DNA of 64,000 nt. Source: Pristiophorus japonicus (lineage: Eukaryota). The stretch's first letter is position 1, and each line of letters begins with the position of its first letter. Made by a program: the position numbers and the translations under genes. The stretch is taken from the NCBI RefSeq assembly GCF_044704955.1, contig NC_091999.1, positions 27,714,001 to 27,778,000 of the forward strand. Direction: 5' to 3'. Of this stretch, positions 36,770-48,235 are shown piece by piece. The notes under the pieces are model-generated. The model was not told the DNA's origin, made no database searches, and was given only the letters and a program-made list of their open reading frames with translations.

Positions 36770-37190
36770 ACAGGCGGATTGGGCCTGTACTCTCTGGAGT
36801 TTAGAGGTGATCTGATTGAAACATAACATTCTGAGGGCGCATGACAAGTTAAATGCTGAAGGTTTGTTTTCCCCGGCTGGACACTCTAGAACTAGGGAGC
36901 ACTCTCTCCGGATAAAGGATCGGCCATTTAAGACGGAGATGAGGAGGAATTTCTTCACTCAGAGGGTTGTGAATGTTTGGAATTCCCTGCCCCAGTCGGC
37001 TGTGGATGCTGAGTCTCTAAATAAATTCAAAGGCTCAAATAGTTAGATTTTTGGACTCTAGGTGAAGCAACGGATATGCTATCGGGCGGGGAAGTGGAGT
37101 TGAGGTCGATAATGAGCCCGGATCTTATTGAATGGCGGAGCAGACTCGAGGGTCCGTCGGGCCGACTCCTTCTCCTATTTCTCATGTCAG
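36770..37190 (+). mobile_element. CR1 3' end
   Basis: TEMRRNFFTQRVVNVWNSLP plus 3' UTR. Confidence 0.85.
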
Positions 37191-37539
37191 AGCTGCCGCT
37201 ATCTGTACAGTTGTGACAGACATCAGAGCGAGTGAACAGGGGCTCAGCATAAAGGGAAGGGAACACTTGTGAATAAGAATGAGAAAAGTTATTTATTTAC
37301 ACATGAAATGTACAAGGCACGGTGAAACTCTGAGATGCAGTTACATTACAGCCACAATTATCGCACACATTTCAAACAGAAAGATGGAAATCCCAGTTAT
37401 ATATTTCTCAGATACTGATTCGGATCTAGTAAATGAAGGCATTTTACTCTGAGAATCACCAAGAGGATATATTTTATTTTTAGTGACACAGACATGATAA
37501 ACAGATGAGGAACATCCACGGCGGCCGAAATTCAGATCA

Positions 37540-37548
37540 TCACTTGAG
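37540..37548 (-). CDS. IGHM: IgM TM2 exon (LK-stop)
   Basis: TTTTGCAG|CTC AAG TGA; AATAAA at 37292-37297. Confidence 0.8.
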   Translation of the reverse strand, partial: LK

Positions 37549-37688
37549 CTGCAAAAGTGAGATAAAAGAATTAAGCGGAAGTTTAGTGGTCTGGGGCATT
37601 TATCTCAGGGTTTTTATTAATGAAACATCCAGAGATTTGTCAAACGGCTTCAGTCAGATGGAAGTGTGAGCGGATTGAATTTTCCAAC

Positions 37689-37816
37689 CTTCACCAGAGT
37701 GACGGCAGTGCTGTAGGAAATGCTCAGGAAGAACAGGATGATGAATGTGGAAGCGGTTGTCCAGATGTTGCCGCTCTCGTCCTCATAGTCTTCATTCCAG
37801 ATGTGGTCTGAGGAAT
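37689..37816 (-). CDS. IGHM: IgM TM1 exon
   Basis: [43 protein letters not shown] with CART motif; AG/GT boundaries; 128 nt in phase with the Cmu4 internal donor at 40512. Confidence 0.93.
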
Positions 37817-38499
37817 CTACGGGGATGTACGGAGGAAATATATTCAGATCGTTTATTAATCCCGGGTATCATGCTATTATTTTATATTCTCTTTTTTCCC
37901 TTAAGGTATTAGTTTGTTCTTTAATTGGACTTTCAATGTATATTTTGTGTTAAGTTAATCACTCTCAACAATCTCTCACTGTTCCTCACTCCACAGCCGC
38001 TCTTCCTTTACGATCACCCTGTCGTCCGTTTTGGAAAAAATGATAGTTTTGCTTCCATGTCAGAGGCTAATTGATTTTGGATGACATTGCAACGATCTAT
38101 CATTCGGAAATAAGACGATGAAACATCGAGGAAGGTTTACAGCAGGATATCGATTATTTTTCCGCTAGGTTAACGTAATTACTTAGTTGGAGGCTGCCAA
38201 GGAGGCTAGGTAAGAGATCAGTTGTGAGTTATAAACTTGTTTTTTTATTTGTTACGGCAATGCTCTGAACATAAATAACATGTCAGTTTGCAACAACTAC
38301 ATTGATCCAGTGTATATGTAAGACCAGAATAGTGAATTGTGAGATATTATGGTATCAGGAATTATTTATTCAGGCCAAGCGTTGGATACATTGTCCGTCA
38401 TAAAAATGCATCTTAGTTCTACATTCTTCTAAAGCCTGACGTTTTTGTTTGTGCTCTTTAATGTCTATATCACTGTATGACTATCTCTTGTTCTGGATT

Positions 38500-39660
38500 A
38501 GTCAGTGTTTGTGTTTCCCTGTGAGAGTGTTGATCTGTGAGGTTGTGCGTGTGTGTATTTGTAAGATTGTGTATGTGTGTGTATATCTTTGTTTATGTTT
38601 TGTTTAAGAATGCATGTAAGTGTGTGTTTTTATATTTAGTTGCGAGTGTGCGATTTGGTGTAGGTGAGTGTGTGTACTTTTATGTGTAAGCATGTTCATA
38701 TCTAAGTGTTTGTGTGTGTCTGTGTGTGGGGTGTGTGTGTGTGTGTGCAAGGGTGTTCATGTGTGTGCTTATGTGTATGTGTATCCTTGTGTATATGTAT
38801 GTTCATGTGTGTGTTTCCCTACAAGTGTATGTGTATGGTTATTTATAAGTGTTTATTTTTGTTGAGGTGTAAGTGTGCGTGTGTGAGTTTTCGTGTAACA
38901 TTGTGTATACCTATAAGTTTGTGTGTGTTTGTTTTGTGTTAGTTTGTGTTTGGATTTATATGCGTGTTCATGCTTGTGTAAGTCTGTTCAGTTGTGTGTT
39001 TTTCTGTAAGTGTATGGCTATGTATCAGTGTTGTTCATGTTTAGGTTTAAGCGTGTGTGTGTTTATGTGTAACAATGGGTTTGCAGGTAAATTTGTGTGT
39101 GTGTGTTTTGTGAAAGTGTGTGTTTTGATTGATGTATGTGTCTAAGTGCAATAGTATGTTTGCATGTAAGTGTATGTGTGTTTAGTGTAAATGTGTGTTT
39201 GGATTGATGCGTTTGTTTACGAGTGTGTGTGTGTTTTGTGTAAGTGTGTGTGTGGATTGATGTATGCATTTATGTGTGTATAAGTGGTGTTTTGTAAGTG
39301 TATGTGTATGGATTGGTGCGTATGTCTATGTGTGTGAAAGTGTGTTTTGTGTAAGTGTGTGTGTGGATTGATGTATGTGTTTATGTGTGTGTAGGTGTGC
39401 TTTATGTCAGTGTCTGTGTGGATTGATGTGTGTGTCTGTGTGTGTGTAAGTGTGTGTAAGTATCCGTTGTGTAAGTGTGCATTTAGATTGACGTGTATTA
39501 TTGCTATTGTTAAAATTTTCAGAGAGCATCAAGAACTGGATTTGACAATGATGGTTTTCATTATATTCTAGTTATGTATAATATTATGTGTCAGAGTGTT
39601 AATGTATGTCTTTATATGTAAGTCTATGTGTGTTTGTGTGTAATTGTGCACTTACACAAA
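38500..39660. repeat. TG-rich low-complexity tract in the Cmu4-TM intron
   Basis: Degenerate (TG)n. Confidence 0.9.
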
Positions 39661-40449
39661 AACACACACACTTATAAAAAATCATCAACACACTTACATA
39701 TGAACACAGACAAACTCATTTTCACAAGTATTCTCCCTGCTCTGTGTAAATGTGTCCTGTGTGAGGCGCAATGTGATGTCAGCCGAAGGAATGCAACAAT
39801 TCAACCGATGGGCCTCAGAAACATCAGGGACACAACTGTGAGAAACTAGCAGAGGATTAAATCAGCAGTTTAGATATGGCCCATTAGAATTCAGCATGTT
39901 AGTTTACAATTAACAGGAACTGTTGCACCCCAACCCTATTTAAAAATATTACGTGGAATAAACAGTTATTTCAGAAGATAATACTCATGTGGCAAGTTTA
40001 AAATCTTTAGACCATGGGTTAGAATGTGACATTGTACTGATAACAACTTAGTGCATTTAAAAGAGAGTGGTTCACTTCCCATCTCCCTGCAGGAGGGGCA
40101 GTGGGGGTTACGTGAATTACACATTTCCCATTCCCCTCTCGCTGGTGGCTGTGAGAGGTACAGTGAATTAAAATTAGCCTTTACTCTCTCTCTGCTGAAG
40201 CTACTTTCAGGAATTCTGTAATAAGAGAACTTCACCCAGTCTCCAACCCATGGTGTATCTGAGCTGGGAGCGCTGGCTGTACAAGCATTGGGACCGAGGC
40301 GCGCAAACACCCTACTTCAGATAAACAGCCCTCACATTGGCAAAAATAGGAAACATAGTTAATTGAGCGGCTGTGTGTTTAACTCACGATTGGACAAAAA
40401 AACCCTTTATTGTTTTTAATTTAAGAACGGAAATGCAGTCGAGAGATTC

Positions 40450-40841
40450 TCATTGACAAGAATTGACGGTGTCCATCAGAATAAGGGAAATGTTGACGAA
40501 ACTGGGTTTACCGCTGGATTTATTGACGGTTCTGTTGGTGATCTTCAAGGGGATCGCTTCATGTCCCACCACACAGGAGTAAGAAGCGCCGCTGGCCCAC
40601 TCCTCGGCTGCAATGGATAGCAGGCTGTACATGAAGAAGGATCTGCTGCCGTTCTCCGCCATCACCTCGGTGTTCTTGTAGTTGCCCGAATCCACCGGCT
40701 TGTCATTGACGGTCCATTTGACGAAGATCTCTCGGGGGGAGAAACCTCTCACTAAGCAGGTGAGGCTGACCAACCTCTGAGCGGAGACTTCTTCTGCCGA
40801 GGGCAGGAGGACAGACACGGCTGGTTCCCGTGGATCTTTCG
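40450..40841 (-). CDS. IGHM: IgM Cmu4 plus secretory tailpiece
   Basis: [43 protein letters not shown]-stop; internal donor AGCG|GTAAAC at 40512; AATAAA at 40406-40411. Confidence 0.95.
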
Positions 40842-41740
40842 CTGTAGAACAGTTACAATAAAGACCAATGAACTGGACAGTTCCAGAGACAATGGAGGAA
40901 CTTTAAACGAATACAGCGGGCGGGTTTTGGGCGTGGAGGTAATTAAATTGTCAAAAATCGTAATCCCGACATCAACTAGCCCACTCCCAGTTGTAATATT
41001 ATATTTGAGTAATGTATTTAAATTAGGCTGAATGCTCTTTTTTAGCCACCATTTGGTGTTTAACTGTCGCTGGTCCGGTTGGACACACTGTGTAAATCCC
41101 TGCAGTTACAGCGAGGCGGGGACTTCTGCAACCAGGTGATAATTGCCCTTACACATACTCCCTGGATCCAGGGTCCCTATAAAACCCACCCCCCGTGATA
41201 TGAGACCTCCTCACTCGGCTTCCAATCCTCCCATTCTCCCGGGTGACCTGTGAGACCACCGCCCACAACTCGCCTTCCTCATTAAAATTCAGCCAATTTC
41301 AGGTGGTTAGATGTGAAAGAAATGGAAACTGCGTTGAATTTTAAAGCTTTTCCTTTTCCCCTCTGGGGCCCCTCTGGTTTTCCATCCCGCAGCAGAGGGA
41401 ACACAATCTTTCACTCTGAAATCTTGAAGGATTGGTGTGGAAAATTAAATACAATTTACTGCACATAACAAGGAGATTTGGCCAACTGGTCTATGCCGGT
41501 GTGTATGTTCCACACAAGCCTCCTCCTAGCTAACTTAATCTAACCCTAATACCATACCCTTTCTCGCTCATGGACTTATCCAGTTTCCCCTAACATACAC
41601 AACATCAGGTCCCAGAGTGCTGAGTTCGTGGAATTAGCAAACTGAATGATCAGATTAGCCCATTAAACACTTTAAATAATGAATTGGCCCTTGCACATGC
41701 AGCAGAAATAGTCACTTATTGCAACAATCTCCCCGCTCAC

Positions 41741-42049
41741 CCTTCTCCTTGTGGATGGATTCTCTGATCGGTGTCGGCATATCCTGATGGCTCACCACGC
41801 AGTAGAATTTATCCCCACTCAGCCAGTCTTGTGTCGAGATTTTTAAGTTGCTGATCACGCTGTTGGGATGCTCTCCCGGTTGGACGGCAATTTCTGATTT
41901 CAAAGCCTCCTTTTCTCGAGTCCAGGTCACAGTGAGCCCATAAGGAGCGTCTGACACGACGCAGGTTAAGGTCACCGTCGCCTCCAGTAATATCTGTTCC
42001 AGTGATGGTGAGCGAAGAGTGATTTTTGAATCGCTGCATGGGACATCCA
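41741..42049 (-). CDS. IGHM: IgM Cmu3 exon
   Basis: 309 nt, [40 protein letters not shown]. Confidence 0.95.
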
Positions 42050-42754
42050 CTGCAAAACAGGAATGATAGTCAAGAAAAGCTGCAGCTTCAGAATCAGGAT
42101 ACCAATATTTAGCCTTAACTCTTTAAGGGGAATAAATCACTTTTTAGATATCAACCTCTTGCTGTTGCCTCAACACCAGCGTTATTGGAAGACAATGAAT
42201 TGGCAACGATTCCGGTAGACCTGTAACATTTCCTGTGTATTTTCAGCCAGAGCCACCTGTAATGGGCTGTGAAGCAAATACCCGGCGTAAAATGGGAATA
42301 GATGGGGTGCAATTGTGTTAGGCATTGAATTGCGCTCTTCCTGAAATCCCTTGCTCCTTTACACCCGTCTATAGATCCTTGCACCCAAATGCATCTCCAC
42401 TGGTTATAAAAGCTGAAGCCCGAATAGCCCGAAGTTCAAGAGGTCTACACCAGCATTATACTGGTTCAAAACCAGTGTCAAATTAATTTCAGGATTTATA
42501 GGTCAACAGGAAACAAAGTTAAATTTCTGGTCTCTTGCTGCGTTTTTTGTTGCGGTGAAAATGTGCAGGTACCAGTCACATCCCCCGTCAGAGGAGAAGT
42601 GCAATATCGGGAGAATGGAGTTCCAAGGAATCTTTGTGGTCGGGCGTCATTTGTAATGATGTGAGGTAGTTTGTCAATTTCTGTAATTACTGAACATTTA
42701 TCATGTTTGGTGAGAGAGAGTCAGGGTTAAATATGACCTCAGGGCATTAATAGC

Positions 42755-43270
42755 AACAGAGGAACAGGAGGAGGCCATTCAGCCCATCCATCCTGTCCTG
42801 CCAGCCAGTCAGATCATCAACACCATCTTCACGCCTTGGTTATGTAACCCTTGATAATTTTGACGAACAAAAATCTATCAATCTCAATTTTCAACTTTTC
42901 AATTGAAAGCAACCGTCAGCAGCTTTTGGGGAGGGAAATCCCGACTTGCACTAGTCTTCCTCTGAGAAAATCCTTTCTGACATCACCTCTGCACGGCCTA
43001 GCTCTAATTTTAAGGTTCTGCTACTTTTTCTCGATTCTTTCATCAAACTAAATAATTTTTTCTGTATCTACTCGATCAATTCCATTTATCAACTTAAACA
43101 TGTCAATTGGATCATCTCTTAACGTTCTATATTCGTCTCCTGCTCATTTTATATTATTAGTCGCGGTATAATTCAGGTAAACATGCACTTTACCGCCTCC
43201 ACGACCAGTATATCCTTCCTGAGTTGCGCAACCCAGAATTGGGCTCAGTGCTCTGAATAGGGTAAATGCC
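42755..43270 (-). mobile_element. Old CR1 3' fragment
   Basis: GAACAGGAGGAGGCCATTCAGCCC tail signature and degenerate ORF2 end. Confidence 0.6.
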
Positions 43271-43454
43271 CATTCTAGCAGTGGGTTCCTGGACAGTTAG
43301 CGGTAAAGGGTTCCAGACTCCGACTGCCACTCTGTATATGATCAGCCAACTCAGGATATACCTGAGATTAAGGACACTTCACTCACTGCCTGGAGTTAGA
43401 GCAGGGAGAAATCTTCTTTGGCGAGGTTAATATATCCTGAACAATGAGGAATCA

Positions 43455-43870
43455 TGAACCAGAAGATCGTGTGTTGAAGTCCCACTCCAGATACTTGATC
43501 ACAAAATGTAAGCTGAGTCTCCCAGTGCAGTACTGGGGGCGTGGTGCACTATCGGAGGTTCCGGCTTTCAGATCAGGTGTTAAACCGAGGATCCGTCTGG
43601 CCTCTCAGGTGGACATAAACGTTCCCCTTGAAATATTTCAATGAAAAGCAGAGGAGTTCTCCCTGGTGGCCTGGAAATATTTATCCCTCAAGAAATACTA
43701 CTAAACAAAAAAAATGGTCATTATCATACTGCTGTTTGTGGGAGCTTGCTGTGCACTAAATGACTGCCGCACTTTGTACATTACAACTGTGACCACATTT
43801 CACAACTTAATTCATTGGCTGGCAAGCGCTTTGGGTCAGTCTGTGGTCGCTGAAGGCGCTGTATAAAGGC
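43455..43870 (+). mobile_element. DeuSINE-like SINE
   Basis: GCTGTTTGTGGGAGCTTGCTGTGCAC core; AAGGCGCTGTATAAA tail. Confidence 0.7.
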
Positions 43871-44009
43871 AAGTTTGTATCACAAGAATACACAAACTGC
43901 ATGATTGGAAATTAGGAATAGTTCTGTGCTTTTTACTAATTCCAGTAAAAGTCTTGACTGAGATCAGCGCTCAGAATGGTCTGGAACCTCCCGGGATTGT
44001 GCCTCTTAC

Positions 44010-44327
44010 CCTGAGATCTGCTGAAGTTATGGTTTTGCGTGACCCCTTGATGAGTGACCTGGCAGGTGTAGACCGAGCCGGTGAACCATTCCTCGGCGGG
44101 GACTGTCAGCCGACTGGCCGTCGAGAAGTTCCCGTTCACCTCAAAGACGGGAGAGGTGACGAAGCCCGAATCCATGAGTTGTCCACTCTTCAGCCAATTC
44201 ACAGTCAGTGACTTTGGCCTGAAATCGATGATTGAACACACGGCGCTTGCATATCTGCTGCTGGTGATTTGTTCAGTGGAACTCAGTGTGAGGAGAACAG
44301 TTGGAGGAACGATGTCCCGTTCAGGAT
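44010..44327 (-). CDS. IGHM: IgM Cmu2 exon
   Basis: 318 nt, [32 protein letters not shown]. Confidence 0.95.
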
Positions 44328-44783
44328 CTTCAAGAGAAGACATATTACTGACATTGCTTGCAAAATAAATGATTAAGAAATGCAAAGTGTCCTTATATTT
44401 TAACGGGTTCTTTGCTGTCAGACTAAAACAAACCTGGCAGTTACAGAGAGCAGGACTGTGCACAGAATTCTCAGTGTAATATGCAGCCCGGAACTGTGCA
44501 CAATATTCTAAGTGCGATATGGGGACCAGAACCATGCACAGTACTCTAAGTGTGATATGGAGACCAGCATTATGCATAATATTCTAAGTACGAGATGGAA
44601 ACCAGAACTTTAAACAATATTCTAAATGTGATAAGGAGACTAGAACTGTGCACAGCATTATAACTATGATACAGAGAGCAGAATTGTATACAGTACTCTA
44701 AGTGTTGTCTGATCAAGTTCCGATGCAAGTTAAACATAATTTCTCATCTTATCACAGTTTGCCCTGTATCCCACACCACTAAC

Positions 44784-45083
44784 CTGGTATTGTGATGGCC
44801 CAGACCGACACACCACGTCGAACCTCGCAGTTGATTGTGCTGCTCCCCACCTCTGACTCGGTGATGGTTAACTGGCTGCTCTGGGTGTAGGTTCCCTTCT
44901 TGTTGAGCACTGGCGGGTAGGTCTTCAATCCAGTGGTGATCGGCACTTTATCTTTCTTCCAGGAAAGGCTGGTGATGTCGGGGGAGTAGTCCATTGCCAA
45001 ACAGCCGTACGTGATGGAGCCATCGGCGCTGGGTTGTTCACAGGAGGAGAGCAGGGCGTAGAGGGTGGGGGGAGACGGTGTTA
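44784..45083 (-). CDS. IGHM: IgM Cmu1 exon
   Basis: 300 nt, [39 protein letters not shown]. Confidence 0.95.
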
Positions 45084-46039
45084 CTGGGAAGGAATGGCCC
45101 ATTGAACAAGTTAGACTCTGTAATCCGTGCTTATAAAAGAAATAAACAACTCGAAATTTGACTGCAGAATAAACTAATTCCACCATTTCCCCATCAAAGA
45201 CTACACGGGCATTTGAGCTTCTGTCAGTTCCGTCATAAGCACCTGTCGATGCCCCTGTCAGGAACACACCTCTCTATCCCCGAGCTCTATCACATTACAC
45301 AACAAGAACTTTTACATAACTCGTCAATAAAGAATACTTCATTGGATCATACAATCGAAGAACAGAGACGTGTTCCTGCTTTTTCGGCCATCATTTATTT
45401 CTCAATCAGCACCATTTTTGGTCCTTTATTGCAGTTTGGGGAAATTTACTCTGTGCACATTGCCTGCGGCGTATCCCTACAAAACAACAGTGACTGCACT
45501 TCAAAGTAACAGCGGAATTCCTGCCTCGCACGTCAGCAAAAAACCCTCTAAATTTGCCTGCCACATAATTCAACAGGTAGCATTTCCATAGTCTAGTTTC
45601 TAAGATTCAGTCTGTAGATGAATCGCGATTGAGTTGAATCTCTCCCTTTCTTTCTCAGTATTTGAGGGAGAGCGATGTCCTTCAGCGCACTGTGATCTGG
45701 ACTCTATCCCATCCTATTGAATGCATGTCTCTTGAGTTTCCTCCTCCCTGCCACTCAATTAATAATCCGAATAAAATACCATTCCAAATTCCGGTTAATT
45801 GGAAGTTTCTCCTTAAATGGCCCATTTCAATTCCCATTGTTGTTCTTGTTATGTAACAATGACCTGGACTTGGGTATAGGGAATGCAATTTCGAATTTAG
45901 CAACGTAGCCAATAGTGAACATGATAGCAGCAGACTCCATGAGGAGACAGATGGTCCAGTGAAATGGGCCAGAACATGGCAATTGCAATTTAATGCGAAT
46001 CATTGAGAAGGCGATGCACATTGGATGGAAGATGGAGAG

Positions 46040-46730
46040 GCAGTATAATCTAAATAGTATTATTTTGAGGGGATGCACGAACAGAGATATCTAGATGTAC
46101 ATATTCACAAATCTTTTAAGGGGGCAGGGCAAACTGGTTAGACTATTATGAAAGCGTATGGGATACTTGACTTTGTGAATGGGACATTGACTACAAAAAC
46201 AAGGCGGTTATGCTAAACTTACAGATCACGTGTTAGACCTCAGCTGGAGTATTGTGCACAATTCTGGAACAACAATGTAGGAAGGATGTCAAGCCCTTGG
46301 GGAGTGTAGTGGGGAGGCTTTTACCAGGATGATGCCAGGGATGGGATCTTCAGTTATGTGGAGAGATTGGAGAAGCTGGGATGTTCTCCTTAGAGCAGAG
46401 GTTAAGAGGAGACCTAAGTGAGATATTCAACATTATGACAGGTTTTGATAGAGCAAGTAGGGAGAAACAGCTTTCGATGGAAAGAAGGTGCGTAACCAAA
46501 GGTCACAGATTTAAAATAATTGGTAGAAGATCGAAAGGGGAAATTGGGGAAATTTTTTCACACAGAGGGTTGGTAATTTCAGGAATGCTCCAGCAGTTCA
46601 TCCTTTACGTCAGGATTCATTTGCACGTTTACAAGGAAAACCCTGGGGAGTTGGACTAAATTGGACAGCTCTTTCAGAGCCGGCACAGGCACGATGCCTG
46701 AATGGTCTTTTCAGTGTTGTGAGATGCTAT
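46040..46730 (+). mobile_element. Old CR1 fragment in the J-C intron
   Basis: RPQLEYCAQFW; FSLEQRLRGDL. Confidence 0.75.
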
Positions 46731-47819
46731 CATTCTATACGAGTCAGTGGGAATAGTTCTTCTAGATTTAATGGAAGGAAACGCTTCATATTTTGGACAC
46801 CTCTACCAGATCTACTTTTATTGTTCATTAGAATGAAAGAGGATATTTCAGAAAAGGATCTTATAAATCTGACGCAAATTAGTCAATCGCATGCTGTTAT
46901 AAAGGCTTAAAGTTCATTGTGAATGATGACGTATTGCAGGTTGTCTCTATCTCTTTAAATGTTTCACAGAATTGCAGATCAGTGACTGTGTGCCTTGTCT
47001 TGTGACCCAGGCCAATAGCTGCATCTCGTCATAGTTTGTCCCTGCCTTTAACCTTCTCAGGAAGAATTGAACAACATAATGTTTCTAAACATGAGGTCCT
47101 CATGACGGTCATTTGAAGCGGCAGTCCCGATATTCTCCATTTAAATTGTGAAAATATCTTACAGCCTCCCAACAGATCAGAACAGGCACTGCTTTCTGGA
47201 GCGTTATTCACTTCCTGAAACGGTTTGTTCTGAAAGTGAGCTGAGGATCAGGCCAATCGTGTTCAATAGTAATCTGATGCTCAAAATGTTCAAACATTAA
47301 TAACTCATTAAAAATTGGGCATTTTTTTCAGAAAGAATATAAACATCAATGAATGTGCGTTGTTTAATCTGGGCAATGGGACGATTTATTGTATATATCT
47401 GGCACGAGCAGTTTATCTGCTATCTGTTAGACGCAGATAACGGTGCCTTGAACACTGCCTGACCAAGCACTCTCAGGTCAGATATAGTACGGATAAGAGA
47501 GCAAAGCTCCCGCTATGCTGCCGTGTGGGTCAGGACAGGTATAGCAAGGGTTGCACACAGTCTAATACGTTATCTGTGCTATCCCGTCAAACATTCCCAG
47601 CTGAAGTACTGCAGAGATGTGCTACGAAATGTCTTATCTTAAAATGCGTTATCAAATTGACCGATTAGATTAAGCACAATTATCACAAGTACAAATAAAA
47701 GCTTCCGATACACTGATCCATTAAAGCGCACCAGCTCACCTAGAGCTCTGATTAAATAGAAGATCAATCTATATTGAAGGAACCAATTAAGCTCCACGTC
47801 CTTGTAAATAAAAGTTGAA

Positions 47820-48235
47820 ATACTGATTAAGCTATCTCTGCAATGTCCCATCAAGCACTGCCATTTAAGGTAAAGCACGGGTTAGTTGCAGAATAAAGCT
47901 CCCTCTTCACTGTCCCATCAAACACTCCCAAGACAGGTACAGAGTAAAGCTCCCTCTACAGTGTCCCATTAAACATTCTCAGGGCAGGTACAACATGGGT
48001 CAAGATACAGAGTAAAGCTCCATCTACACTGTCCCATCAACACTCCTAGGGCACATAGAGCATGGGCTAAATACAGAGTAACACTCCCTCTACACTGTCC
48101 CATCAAACACTCCCAGGGCACGTACAGCATGGGCTAGATACAGAGTAAAGCTCCTTCTGCCCTGTCCCATCAAACACTCCCAGGGCAGGTACTACCGGGT
48201 TAGAAACTGATTAAAGCTCCTTCTACTGTCTCCCC
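47820..48235 (-). repeat. About 67-bp minisatellite family
   Basis: CAGAGTAAAGCTCCCTCTACACTGTCCCATCAAACACTCCCAGGGCAGGTAC units. Confidence 0.88.

Noticed and set aside
40450-45083. IgM1gj-like, IgW or IgNAR identity
   Set aside because: Four mu-type C exons including Cmu2, a mu tailpiece and a conventional VH; V is not pre-joined
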